Shown here: piece by piece, positions 33,004 through 41,180 of the stretch
How positions within the stretch are numbered: the first letter of the stretch is position 1
Layout of the letters: each line of letters begins with the position of its first letter
Assembly: GCA_963823665.1 (NCBI GenBank)
Contig: CAWGMQ010000003.1
Location: 1,760,001 to 1,824,000, forward strand
DNA length: 64,000 nt
Direction: 5' to 3'
Source: an uncultured Planctomycetota bacterium
GTDB lineage: Bacteria > Planctomycetota > Planctomycetia > Isosphaerales > Isosphaeraceae
The notes under the pieces: model-generated
The model's input: only the letters and a program-made list of their open reading frames with translations
The model's database searches: none
What the model was told of the DNA's origin: nothing
Translations under genes and position numbers: made by a program

Positions 33004-33024
33004 GCATCAGAGAGGAAATACGCG

Positions 33025-33798
33025 ATGGAGGGTACTCAGATCAAGGCGGCGGTCAAGGAGCAGTATGGGAAGGTCGCCAAAGGCGAAGCGACGTGCGGCT
33101 CACTCTGCGGCTGCACCGAAAACGCGGAAGGGTTGGCGATTACATTCGGCTATTCCGCGGCCGAGCTGGCGACGCTACCCGAGGGCGCGAATCTTGGCCT
33201 TTCCTGCGGCAATCCGCAGTCAGTGGCAGCGATGCAGCCCGGGGAAACTGTGCTCGACCTCGGCAGCGGGGCTGGGTTCGATTGTTTCCTGGCTGCCCGA
33301 CAGGTTGGACAGTCGGGCCGGGTGATCGGCGTGGACATGACCGACGCCATGCTGGAAAAAGCCCGTGCCAATGCCGAGAAATCCGGCCTGGCCAATGTCG
33401 AATTCCGCAAGGGCGACATCGAGGCCCTGCCGGTCGATGACCATTCCGTCGATGTGACGATCAGCAACTGCGTGCTGAATCTCGTGCCGGACAAGGATCG
33501 GGCATTCCGCGAGATTCACCGGGTTCTGAAGCCCGGCGGGCGGCTGGCGGTTTCGGACATGGCGTGGGAGGCCGAGCCTCCGGCGGCCTTGCGACGGGAC
33601 ATGGAGGCAATGGTCGGCTGCATCGGCGGAGCACTGGTCGTGGATGATTACGTGGCCCGGCTCAAGCGGGCGGGTTTTAGCCGCGTCGAGGTTGAGAGGC
33701 ACACGGAAGCGGTTCGCAAGATGGTCGAAGTTTCAGGAGTGGCGCCGCCGCCTGGCATCGAGAATCTGCTGAGCGTCAACATCACGGCCACCAAATGA
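33025..33798 (+). CDS. arsM: Arsenite S-adenosylmethionine methyltransferase
   Basis: LGLSCGNP, VLDLGSGAGFDC, ISNCVLNL, GCIGGA conserved cysteines; GAGGA RBS. Confidence 0.93.
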   Translation: MEGTQIKAAVKEQYGKVAKGEATCGSLCGCTENAEGLAITFGYSAAELATLPEGANLGLSCGNPQSVAAMQPGETVLDLGSGAGFDCFLAARQVGQSGRVIGVDMTDAMLEKARANAEKSGLANVEFRKGDIEALPVDDHSVDVTISNCVLNLVPDKDRAFREIHRVLKPGGRLAVSDMAWEAEPPAALRRDMEAMVGCIGGALVVDDYVARLKRAGFSRVEVERHTEAVRKMVEVSGVAPPPGIENLLSVNITATK

Positions 33799-33917
33799 AA
33801 CAGCCAAGTACGCCGAACGGCGTGACGACATCGGGCGGCTCCTGCTGTCGGTGATGATGCAGGCCCGCCAACGTATCGCGGCCGTGAGTCCGCCGACGGA
33901 AAGGAAACGCTGACGGC

Positions 33918-35030
33918 ATGGACGGAGTTTCGCCTAAACGCCTCGCCTGCCTCGACCGCTATCTGACGGTATGGATCTTTCTCGCCATGCTGGCCGGGAT
34001 CGGGCTGGGTTATTTCTGCCCTTCCGTCGCGCGCGCCGTCACGGGGCTGTCGGTCGGCACCACGTCGATTCCAATTGCGGCCGGGCTGATCCTGATGATG
34101 TATCCGCCGCTGGCCAAAGTGAAGTATGAAGAGCTGGGCGGAGTGTTCCGCAACACGCGGATACTGGCGCTTTCGCTCGTCCAGAATTGGCTGATCGGGC
34201 CGTTGCTGATGTTCGGGCTGGCTCTGGCGTTCCTCGCCGACCGGCCCGAATACGCCATCGGCCTCATCATGATCGGCCTGGCGCGTTGCATTGCGATGGT
34301 GATCGTCTGGAACGAGCTGGCGAAAGGGGATACCGAGTACGCCGCCGGGCTGGTGGCGTTCAACTCGGTTTTTCAGGTGCTGTTTTACCCGGTTTATGCC
34401 TATGTCTTTATCAAGCTTCTCCCGCCGCTCTTCGGTGTTCAGTTCGGCAATGTCGACCTGTCGCGGATCACGGTGAGTGCGATCGGCGAAAGCGTGATGA
34501 TCTACCTGGGGATTCCTTTCCTTGCCGGGATGGTGACGCGGTTCACGCTGTTGCGGGCCAGAGGCCGGGACTGGTATGAAAAGCGGTTCATCCCCCGAAT
34601 CAGTCCGCTCACGCTGATCGCGTTGCTGTTCACGATCGTCGTGATGTTTTCGCTCAAGGGCGGCTTCATCCTGAGCAATCCGCTCGATGTCGTCCGGATC
34701 GCGGTGCCCTTGCTCTTGTACTTCGTAGCGATGTTCATCGTTTCGTTCTTCATGGGCTGGCGGCTGGGAGCCAATTACGCGAAAACGGCGACGCTCGCGT
34801 TCACAGCGGCGAGCAACAACTTCGAGCTGGCGATTGCCGTGGCGGTCGCTGTGTTCGGCATCGACTCGGGGGCGGCCTTCGCGGCTGTGATAGGCCCGCT
34901 GGTCGAAGTGCCGGTGATGATCGGGCTCGTGAGCGTCGCCCTGCTCGTCCAAAGACAATACTTCAAAGCTCCTGCGAACAACGTTGATGTTGTGCACACT
35001 GAAGAAAATGCGGAGCCGTCTCTGCGTTAA
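33918..35030 (+). CDS. acr3: ACR3 family arsenite efflux transporter
   Basis: [46 protein letters not shown]. Confidence 0.95.
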   Translation: MDGVSPKRLACLDRYLTVWIFLAMLAGIGLGYFCPSVARAVTGLSVGTTSIPIAAGLILMMYPPLAKVKYEELGGVFRNTRILALSLVQNWLIGPLLMFGLALAFLADRPEYAIGLIMIGLARCIAMVIVWNELAKGDTEYAAGLVAFNSVFQVLFYPVYAYVFIKLLPPLFGVQFGNVDLSRITVSAIGESVMIYLGIPFLAGMVTRFTLLRARGRDWYEKRFIPRISPLTLIALLFTIVVMFSLKGGFILSNPLDVVRIAVPLLLYFVAMFIVSFFMGWRLGANYAKTATLAFTAASNNFELAIAVAVAVFGIDSGAAFAAVIGPLVEVPVMIGLVSVALLVQRQYFKAPANNVDVVHTEENAEPSLR

Positions 35031-35047
35031 CTCGACGGAATGCACAC

Positions 35048-35386
35048 ATGGGGAACGTAAAACATTGGTTGATCGTAAACACAAGCGGTAACGTATATGA
35101 AGATTCGGCGAACTTGCGCCGGGCGGCGTTTACGCTGAGCGCGATGTCGAACCCCATCCGCCTTGGGATTCTCCTGCGGCTCTCGCGCGGCGAACGGCAG
35201 ATTATGGAGTTAGTTACCGACCTGGGCCTTCAATCGACGACGCTTTCAGGCCATCTTTCTCTGCTGCGAAAGGCTGGCCTCGTAACGAGCGGGCATGTCG
35301 GCAGGCGCGCCTGCTATGCTCTCACTGAAATGGGCCAGGAAACGGCCAGACGACTTGCTATGTCGACATCGATCCGAATGGGTTGA
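35048..35386 (+). CDS. ArsR/SmtB-like winged-helix protein without alpha3 Cys site
   Basis: SNPIRLGILLRL...SGHLSLLRKAGLV...YALTEMG. Confidence 0.65.
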   Translation: MGNVKHWLIVNTSGNVYEDSANLRRAAFTLSAMSNPIRLGILLRLSRGERQIMELVTDLGLQSTTLSGHLSLLRKAGLVTSGHVGRRACYALTEMGQETARRLAMSTSIRMG

Positions 35387-35967
35387 CCGGCGGGGTTGGG
35401 TCGACCCCGGCGACGCCGTACCGGAACAAGCTCTCGCGAGCCAACGGCTTGCTCAAGCAGGGCAAGACTCGGATCGCCGAGATCACCGACGGCACGAGCA
35501 ACACGATCATGATGGGAGAGGATGCCGGCCGCGATCCGCGTTATTTGAGCCCCTACCTGCAAGACGTTTTTGCCGGTGTCGGGTCCAACGGCATCTACTA
35601 CGCAACGACGACGGCATACCTGACCGCGGTCAGCCCCAACGATCCCGGCCCTGCCGGCGGTGCGGGCCTGTACCGTCGGTACTGGCGTTGGTCAGAGCCC
35701 GACGAGAACTATGGTGTTTCCGGCCAGCCAAACAACAAGTATCGTCCCGATCACGAACCGACGGCCTGGCTCACGGCAGGTCCGTTCATCGCCCAGGGCA
35801 ACAATGCCGGCAATAACGATGAGCTTGCGTCGTTCCGTCCCAGCGGCGTCAACATTTTGATGGGTGATGGCAGCGTCCGTTTCCTCAAAGACTCGGTCAA
35901 CGTCGTCACGCTTCGCGGTCTGGTTACGCTCAATGGTGGCGAGGTCATCTCCGCCGACCAGTATTGA
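35363..35967 (+). pseudogene. 5'-truncated DUF1559 gene, close paralog of 21270-22406
   Basis: Begins at DIDPNGLTGG and keeps an open frame to GGEVISADQY*; lacks the prepilin N-terminus. Confidence 0.85.
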
Positions 35968-35998
35968 CTTGTCGTCAGCCTCCCGTTGCCCTCTCCGC

Positions 35999-36063
35999 TT
36001 AAACGGGTCCGGGGCGGGCTCCCACCCCATCCATCAACACGGGTGGGAGCCCGAGCCGTTTAA
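35999..36063. terminator. Stem-loop after DUF1559 fragment
   Basis: CGGGCTCCCACCC / GGGTGGGAGCCCG inner arms with TTAAACGG / CCGTTTAA outer arms. Confidence 0.45.
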
Positions 36064-36113
36064 CCACGCCTCTAGACTGCTGAGCCAAACGCAGGATCGA
36101 GAGGAGTTCACGA

Positions 36114-36303
36114 ATGCGCCGAATTCGAGCCTTGTTACTCTCAGTGGGCCTGCTTTCCGTCACCGCCGTCGGCCTTACGGGTTGCGACGGGGGGGACCGA
36201 GTCAGGGACGAAACAGATTAGCGAGAAGTTCGGCCCCGATCCCGAATCGAACCCGGACGCGCAGCCGAAGGGTGCCATGGAGGCGAAACCGGCAAGAAAA
36301 TGA
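36114..36303 (+). CDS. Small lipoprotein (not in ORF track; frameshift in a G7 run at ~36189)
   Basis: GAGGAG RBS, MRRIRALLLSVGLLSVTAVGLTGC lipobox. Removing one G gives DGGTESGTKQISEKFGPDPESNPDAQPKGAMEAKPARK*. Confidence 0.6.
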
Positions 36304-36318
36304 GATGATCGATTGATC

Positions 36319-36678
36319 TCAGCTACAGGATGCCAGGGCATCGAGCCGCTCGTGGTCTCGCTGGAGTTCCTCGACGTCCGAAAGGCACGACTCGATGCAG
36401 AAAATAAGATGCCTATGAAGATTTGATTTCGGCTTGGCTAACCGGTAGTAGGCCCACCGCCCCTCCTTTCTCGCAACGACCCATCCGCTGATTTTCAGAA
36501 ATGCGAGGTGGCGGGAGACCGTTGGTTGAGGCAGGTCCAGGGCCTCGTGCAGATGGCACACACAGACCTCTCGCCCATCCGCCAGGAGGGCCAACAGGCG
36601 TAGCCTCACCGGTTCGGCAAAAGCCTTAAACAGTCCCATTGCATCGGTCAGGGGCAGGAGTCTCGAGACCTTTGTCAT
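36319..36678 (-). CDS. arsR: ArsR family repressor, paralog of 32601-32963
   Basis: AEPVRLRLL, EVCVCHLHEALDLPQPTVSRHL. Confidence 0.85.
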   Translation of the reverse strand: MTKVSRLLPLTDAMGLFKAFAEPVRLRLLALLADGREVCVCHLHEALDLPQPTVSRHLAFLKISGWVVARKEGRWAYYRLAKPKSNLHRHLIFCIESCLSDVEELQRDHERLDALASCS

Positions 36679-37111
36679 TGGGACGGCGCTTGAAGTCGAT
36701 CTCTTCTTGGCTGGATTGCTCTGGTTCCGGGTGCCTTACTTTATTCATTTCCGATGTCTCCGACAATGCCCCTCTCCAGTGGAATGGACCAAAGGTTTGA
36801 CTGATGAACCGAACCGTCTTGAAGCCGATGTCGGTCAAGTCGTAGCAGTTCTCAAACCGCTTGCCACCACTTCTCACCAGCCCCCCGCGCCGCAACGGGT
36901 CAAGCATCTTCGCCGCGTCGGGCGTGGTGCATCCGAGGTCTCTAGCAAGCTCGTCAACGGTTTGCTCGCCATCCGCGAGGCGAAGGATAATCTTTAGCCG
37001 GCCAGGGTTTGAGGCGAGTCTGAGCGCCATCGCTCCTTCCCGGACCCTGGCAAGAGACCGCGTATCAAGTCTTCGGGTCGGCTTCGCAACTCTGCGCCTG
37101 ATACGGGCCAT
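36626..37111 (-). CDS. ArsR-like winged-helix protein
   Basis: SNPGRLKIILRLADGEQTVDELARDLG...LRRGGLV...YDLTDIG. Confidence 0.65.
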   Translation of the reverse strand: MARIRRRVAKPTRRLDTRSLARVREGAMALRLASNPGRLKIILRLADGEQTVDELARDLGCTTPDAAKMLDPLRRGGLVRSGGKRFENCYDLTDIGFKTVRFISQTFGPFHWRGALSETSEMNKVRHPEPEQSSQEEIDFKRRPNDKGLETPAPDRCNGTV

Positions 37112-37420
37112 CGGATTACCCTGCCTCGCGTGTCCTGAATCTCGATCGGGGGGCTACATCGCTATTGTTTCCTTGCCAGATCTTCATCAAAACATCACGA
37201 TATTTGCGGAGCTTAGGGGGCCATGCTCAACTAAGTCGGCACCTCTAGCTAGGCTCGGTGGAAGACAACACCCGCTCCTGATGTGACAAATGGAGCTCGC
37301 CGAAATTATGAGATAGCGCCCTACGTCTTCATCTCAGATAACCGACACGAATATGATTTTCACCCCATCGTCGCTTCGCTCACGTTCGACCGATCGCTGT
37401 CACCGACCCACCATTCTTTC

Positions 37421-37462
37421 ATCCGGATAGCCGAATATACGATCCCGAAGGGAGGTAAACAA
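37421..37462 (-). promoter_or_regulatory. Second ars-type promoter/operator, inverted
   Basis: Minus strand TTGTTT-17nt-TATATT then CGGCTATCCGGATG, nearly identical to TATATTCGGCTATGCGGATG at 32590. Confidence 0.6.
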
Positions 37463-37590
37463 GTCCGAACCGATTCCTCCCGACAGGACCGGCCAAAGGT
37501 GACGAATTTTCGCCGTGGCGTTAGACCGGCTCGTGGAGCGCTCGGATCCGATCGAAATTCGAGCGAGATCCCGATGTGGAGCGCATGCGC

Positions 37591-38427
37591 ATGAGCACCG
37601 TCTCGACGTCCCGGCCTTCGAAACGCCCGCCTGACGACTCTGATCCAGTTCGCTACGGCTGGAGGTACGTGACCGCGTGTGGGCCGGACGGAAAGCCCAC
37701 GATTGACCAGATTCCGCTGACTCTGGAGGATGTACTGTTTCCGGAGTTGGACGATTTCATCGTCAACAGGGTCCTGCACAATGATGACGCAATGTATCTG
37801 AAGTGCGTCTTCAAGACGAGGCTCGAACGCAATCCCGAATCGGCGGTATTAAGCCGCTGTCGGGTGGATTGGAACCTGCTGGGTGTCCGCCCCCTTGCTC
37901 CGGATATCGCGGTATTCTCCGGCGTGAAGCGACGCAAGAACTGGGCGACATTCGACGTCGCGGCTGAGCGGGCGCAGCCGGCTTTGGTTGTGGAGGTGGC
38001 GTCGGTGCACACGCACACGAACGACGTCGATATCAAACCCGATTACTATTATCGCGCAGGTGTGCCGCTCTACGTGATCGCGGACGTTCTCGAAGAGTCA
38101 GATGAGGCTCGACGGTTGGAGTTGATGGGCTATCGACTCACCTCAGAGGGTTATCAGCGGGTTGCGCCAGATACACACGGGCGGATCTGGCTCGGTCCTC
38201 TGGACCTCTGGCTCGGGATTGTTCAACATCCGAGTCTGGACGGCCGCGAGCGTCTGGCCTGTTTCGACGGAAAGACGGGGGACGAGATCGGCGGCTACGA
38301 CGCGGTTACGGCCAGAGCCCAAACCGAGGCCGCTGCACGCCAGAAAGCCGAGGCCGAGACTCTGCAAGCCGAATCACGCGCGCGTGAGTTGGAAGAGGCA
38401 CTCCGGCGGCTTGGCCAGGGCTCTTGA
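37591..38427 (+). CDS. Uma2 family (PD-(D/E)XK) putative endonuclease
   Basis: APDIAVF, PALVVEVAS, KPDYYYRAGVPLYVIAD, C-terminal coiled coil. Confidence 0.9.
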   Translation: MSTVSTSRPSKRPPDDSDPVRYGWRYVTACGPDGKPTIDQIPLTLEDVLFPELDDFIVNRVLHNDDAMYLKCVFKTRLERNPESAVLSRCRVDWNLLGVRPLAPDIAVFSGVKRRKNWATFDVAAERAQPALVVEVASVHTHTNDVDIKPDYYYRAGVPLYVIADVLEESDEARRLELMGYRLTSEGYQRVAPDTHGRIWLGPLDLWLGIVQHPSLDGRERLACFDGKTGDEIGGYDAVTARAQTEAAARQKAEAETLQAESRARELEEALRRLGQGS

Positions 38428-38455
38428 GGGGTCGCGATTCACGAAAGGTCAGTTC

Positions 38456-38794
38456 ATGGAAGACAATCCGTCACGTCTCTGCCGGCGAAGAACGTTTACG
38501 CTCGGCTCAATGATGATGGCAATCGCCGGGCTCGCTGGCACTTTCACCCTGGCGCGACCGCTGGCGAAGCCGGCGACGGTCCGCGCGGCGGAGACCGTAC
38601 TGATACGCTACGGCCCGCCGGGGCTCGATCCGCGTCATTACAGAGCCGAGAGCGTGCGCAAGACCCCATCGGGCCACTGGCAGGTCGAGTTCGCGCGCGT
38701 TTCCGGCTCTGGCGCGCCCAGACAAACCGCCGTCGTCTCCGACGACCTGGTGAGCGCATGTCGTTTCAATCCGTGGTATTCGGTGCCGAAGTAG
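38456..38794 (+). CDS. Small membrane-anchored hypothetical protein
   Basis: RRTFTLGSMMMAIAG planctomycete-type N-terminal anchor. Confidence 0.55.
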   Translation: MEDNPSRLCRRRTFTLGSMMMAIAGLAGTFTLARPLAKPATVRAAETVLIRYGPPGLDPRHYRAESVRKTPSGHWQVEFARVSGSGAPRQTAVVSDDLVSACRFNPWYSVPK

Positions 38795-38856
38795 TCATCG
38801 ACCTGACCGCCGTTTCGGGCGCGGAGCGGCGCGACGAAACGGACAGGCGACCAACA

Positions 38857-40470
38857 CTACAAAGGCTTGAAAAGCTCGTCCGGCATTGGAACGCCGAATT
38901 CGAGGTGGTATTTCCAAACCTGCTCGGTGTCGAAGTTTGACGTCTTGCGCCGCACCTGGGTCGGGTACCAGAAGCCGCTCGGCGATTGCAGTAGATTTTC
39001 CATGAGCATGGTGTCGACATACGCGATTTTGGGCGGGTTTTGCGATTCGAACACGCTCGCCTCCGTGCGCAGAGACATGTATCCCTTCGCTGGGTCGATC
39101 CAGAGCTTCCAGAAGTCGGGGTGAGCTGGATCGGTGGATCGCGTGTCGTGCACGCGCAGGCGGATCGTGTTGGCCGGACCGTCGGCTGGCCTGGCATCCA
39201 GAATGAACTCACGTTCCGGAGTCGGCGGCCACACCGTCGGGTGACTCAAGTGCTCGACAAAGAGATGCGGCCAGGGCATGAACGGGTCGTCGGACGGGTT
39301 GATCGCGTGCGTCATCGATAGCGTGAGTTTTGGGGGGGGTTCGTTCGCATCGCGATTGAAGAGATTGCCTTCTGGCTTGTAATAATAGACTTTTTCACCG
39401 TCACATACGGCCTGGAGCGAAACGGGATAATCGGCCTGGTGGGCCTTCCACCAGGTGGCATCTGCATCCGCCGGGAATGCCGGCCACTCTTTTCCGGAAA
39501 TGAGCAACGTCTCCGCGCGCCACTTCCGGCCTTTGCGCCAAACGCGCTTGATGTTCGTGCCATCGCCCATGTCCATGATGGCGCGGTAGTCGTCGAATCG
39601 GACACGGCCGATTTTCAGGCCCGCGCCGATGCGCTCGAGATCGTCGGCCGGCACGCGATCGACAATTTTCGCGGCTCGCGGCGCTCCGAGCTCATAGAGA
39701 TCGGCTGGACCGCGCTCGGGGTAATCGAAGAGCGTCGTGCCCTGTGGCCCTTCCTTCGACTGGAACACCATCGAATGCGGGAGCTTCGTTTTGGGGTCAA
39801 CGCGGATCCGAATCCGTTGCTCGCGATCAGCGCCGACGACGCGAAGCGTCAGCTCCAGGTCAACCCACGCCCGACCGTTTTCCACGACATCTTGCCGGCT
39901 CTGAGCGACCACATCCGTTCCCGGGAACGGTGATTTCGTCGGAGCCTTGGAATCAAGGAGCTGACTGAAAAAATCCAGCATCTGCACCGTGTGGTCCGGG
40001 CTTTCAGGCAGGCGGTAAATGACTCCTTCGTCGCGCAGATACTTCATGACGATACGCAGGCCGCGGTCGTGGTACTCAATCTCAGTTCCATGGCGGCCCG
40101 CGGTCACACCAAGCTTAGGGCTGAACCAGACTTCGCTTGCTTCCTTGCCGTCCGGGCCAACCGTCCGCGTGTGCACCCAGGGCTTTCCCTGCAGCGCCTG
40201 GGCGACCTCGGGCCACGCGTTCGCAGGCCGTGAAATCATGAGGAGAAGCGCCGCCGCCACCAGAGCGGCCGCTACCCCGGATCCGAACACCAGCGGCCTC
40301 GTCCAAAGCGCGACGCGCCGGATGGGTGGCAAGCGACTGAGGAAGAGGGTGCGAAGCTCCGAGACGTGCTCGCCGCGAGGCTCCACAGCCGGATCGCCGG
40401 CCTCGGCGATCATGCGTCCCATCATTTGCTCACCAAGGTCGTCAGACCCTGCGGGCGTCGTTTGGCTCAT
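38857..40470 (-). CDS. Putative anti-sigma factor with large extracytoplasmic domain
   Basis: Overlaps the end of an ECF gene; short cytoplasmic N-terminus, a TM helix (AAALVAAALLLMI), then a beta-rich domain. Confidence 0.7.
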   Translation of the reverse strand: MSQTTPAGSDDLGEQMMGRMIAEAGDPAVEPRGEHVSELRTLFLSRLPPIRRVALWTRPLVFGSGVAAALVAAALLLMISRPANAWPEVAQALQGKPWVHTRTVGPDGKEASEVWFSPKLGVTAGRHGTEIEYHDRGLRIVMKYLRDEGVIYRLPESPDHTVQMLDFFSQLLDSKAPTKSPFPGTDVVAQSRQDVVENGRAWVDLELTLRVVGADREQRIRIRVDPKTKLPHSMVFQSKEGPQGTTLFDYPERGPADLYELGAPRAAKIVDRVPADDLERIGAGLKIGRVRFDDYRAIMDMGDGTNIKRVWRKGRKWRAETLLISGKEWPAFPADADATWWKAHQADYPVSLQAVCDGEKVYYYKPEGNLFNRDANEPPPKLTLSMTHAINPSDDPFMPWPHLFVEHLSHPTVWPPTPEREFILDARPADGPANTIRLRVHDTRSTDPAHPDFWKLWIDPAKGYMSLRTEASVFESQNPPKIAYVDTMLMENLLQSPSGFWYPTQVRRKTSNFDTEQVWKYHLEFGVPMPDELFKPL

Positions 40471-41029
40471 GGCGCTCACCTCCGACCTCAGTCGAAAAAT
40501 AGGGTTCGAGGAGATTCCGAAGCTCGGACCGCGCACGTGATAACAGCGACTCCACGGCTTTCGCGGATCGTCCTATCTGACTGGCGATCTCGGCGACACT
40601 GTTCCCGGCAACGTATTTGTCCAGGAGCACCCGGCGGTGGTCTTCCGGCAGCCGTAGAAGGGCCACCCGCACCAGGTCGGCGCGTTCGACTTCTTCCAGG
40701 AGGTCGGGCGGCAACAATGAGCCTGCGGGTGCGTCGAGATACTCATCGGCTCCGCCCGTGGCCGTGCGGCGGTGACGCCTCAATGCCCGGTGACGGCCGA
40801 TGCCCAGAATCCAGTCGCGGAACTTGCCGCGTGCAGGGTCAAACCGGTCGAACTGCTCGATCGCCAGCAGCCAGACCTCCTGGTTCACGTCCTCGGCCAG
40901 ACCGCGATCTCCGCCGAGCAGGTGATAAACCACGGCGAAGACGTCCCGGACGTGGCGATCGTACATTCGCGCCCACGCCGATCGGTCGCCCTTCGCCATC
41001 GCACGGATCAGGCGGAATTCGTCGTCCAT
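40442..41029 (-). CDS. ECF RNA polymerase sigma factor
   Basis: AEDVNQEVWL, FDPARGKFRDWILGI, LPEDHRRVL...SVAEIA...VESLLSRAR. Confidence 0.9.
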   Translation of the reverse strand: MDDEFRLIRAMAKGDRSAWARMYDRHVRDVFAVVYHLLGGDRGLAEDVNQEVWLLAIEQFDRFDPARGKFRDWILGIGRHRALRRHRRTATGGADEYLDAPAGSLLPPDLLEEVERADLVRVALLRLPEDHRRVLLDKYVAGNSVAEIASQIGRSAKAVESLLSRARSELRNLLEPYFSTEVGGERHEPNDARRV

Positions 41030-41180
41030 CGTCTGACGGCCTCGTTATTGTGTTCGCCTTCACATACAGTATTGCCATACGAAGGCGAAATCCTTCGCGG
41101 AGTCCTGCTCGAAACCACATGGAACCTTTCGACGTCCTTGTATCGATTACTTTCTCCAGCTCCTCCCGTGAGTTCGTCCT

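Noticed and set aside
35363..35967. DGR template/variable repeat pair with 21270-21870
   Set aside because: Mismatches are mostly third-position and not adenine-specific, the repeat is too long, and no reverse transcriptase is present.
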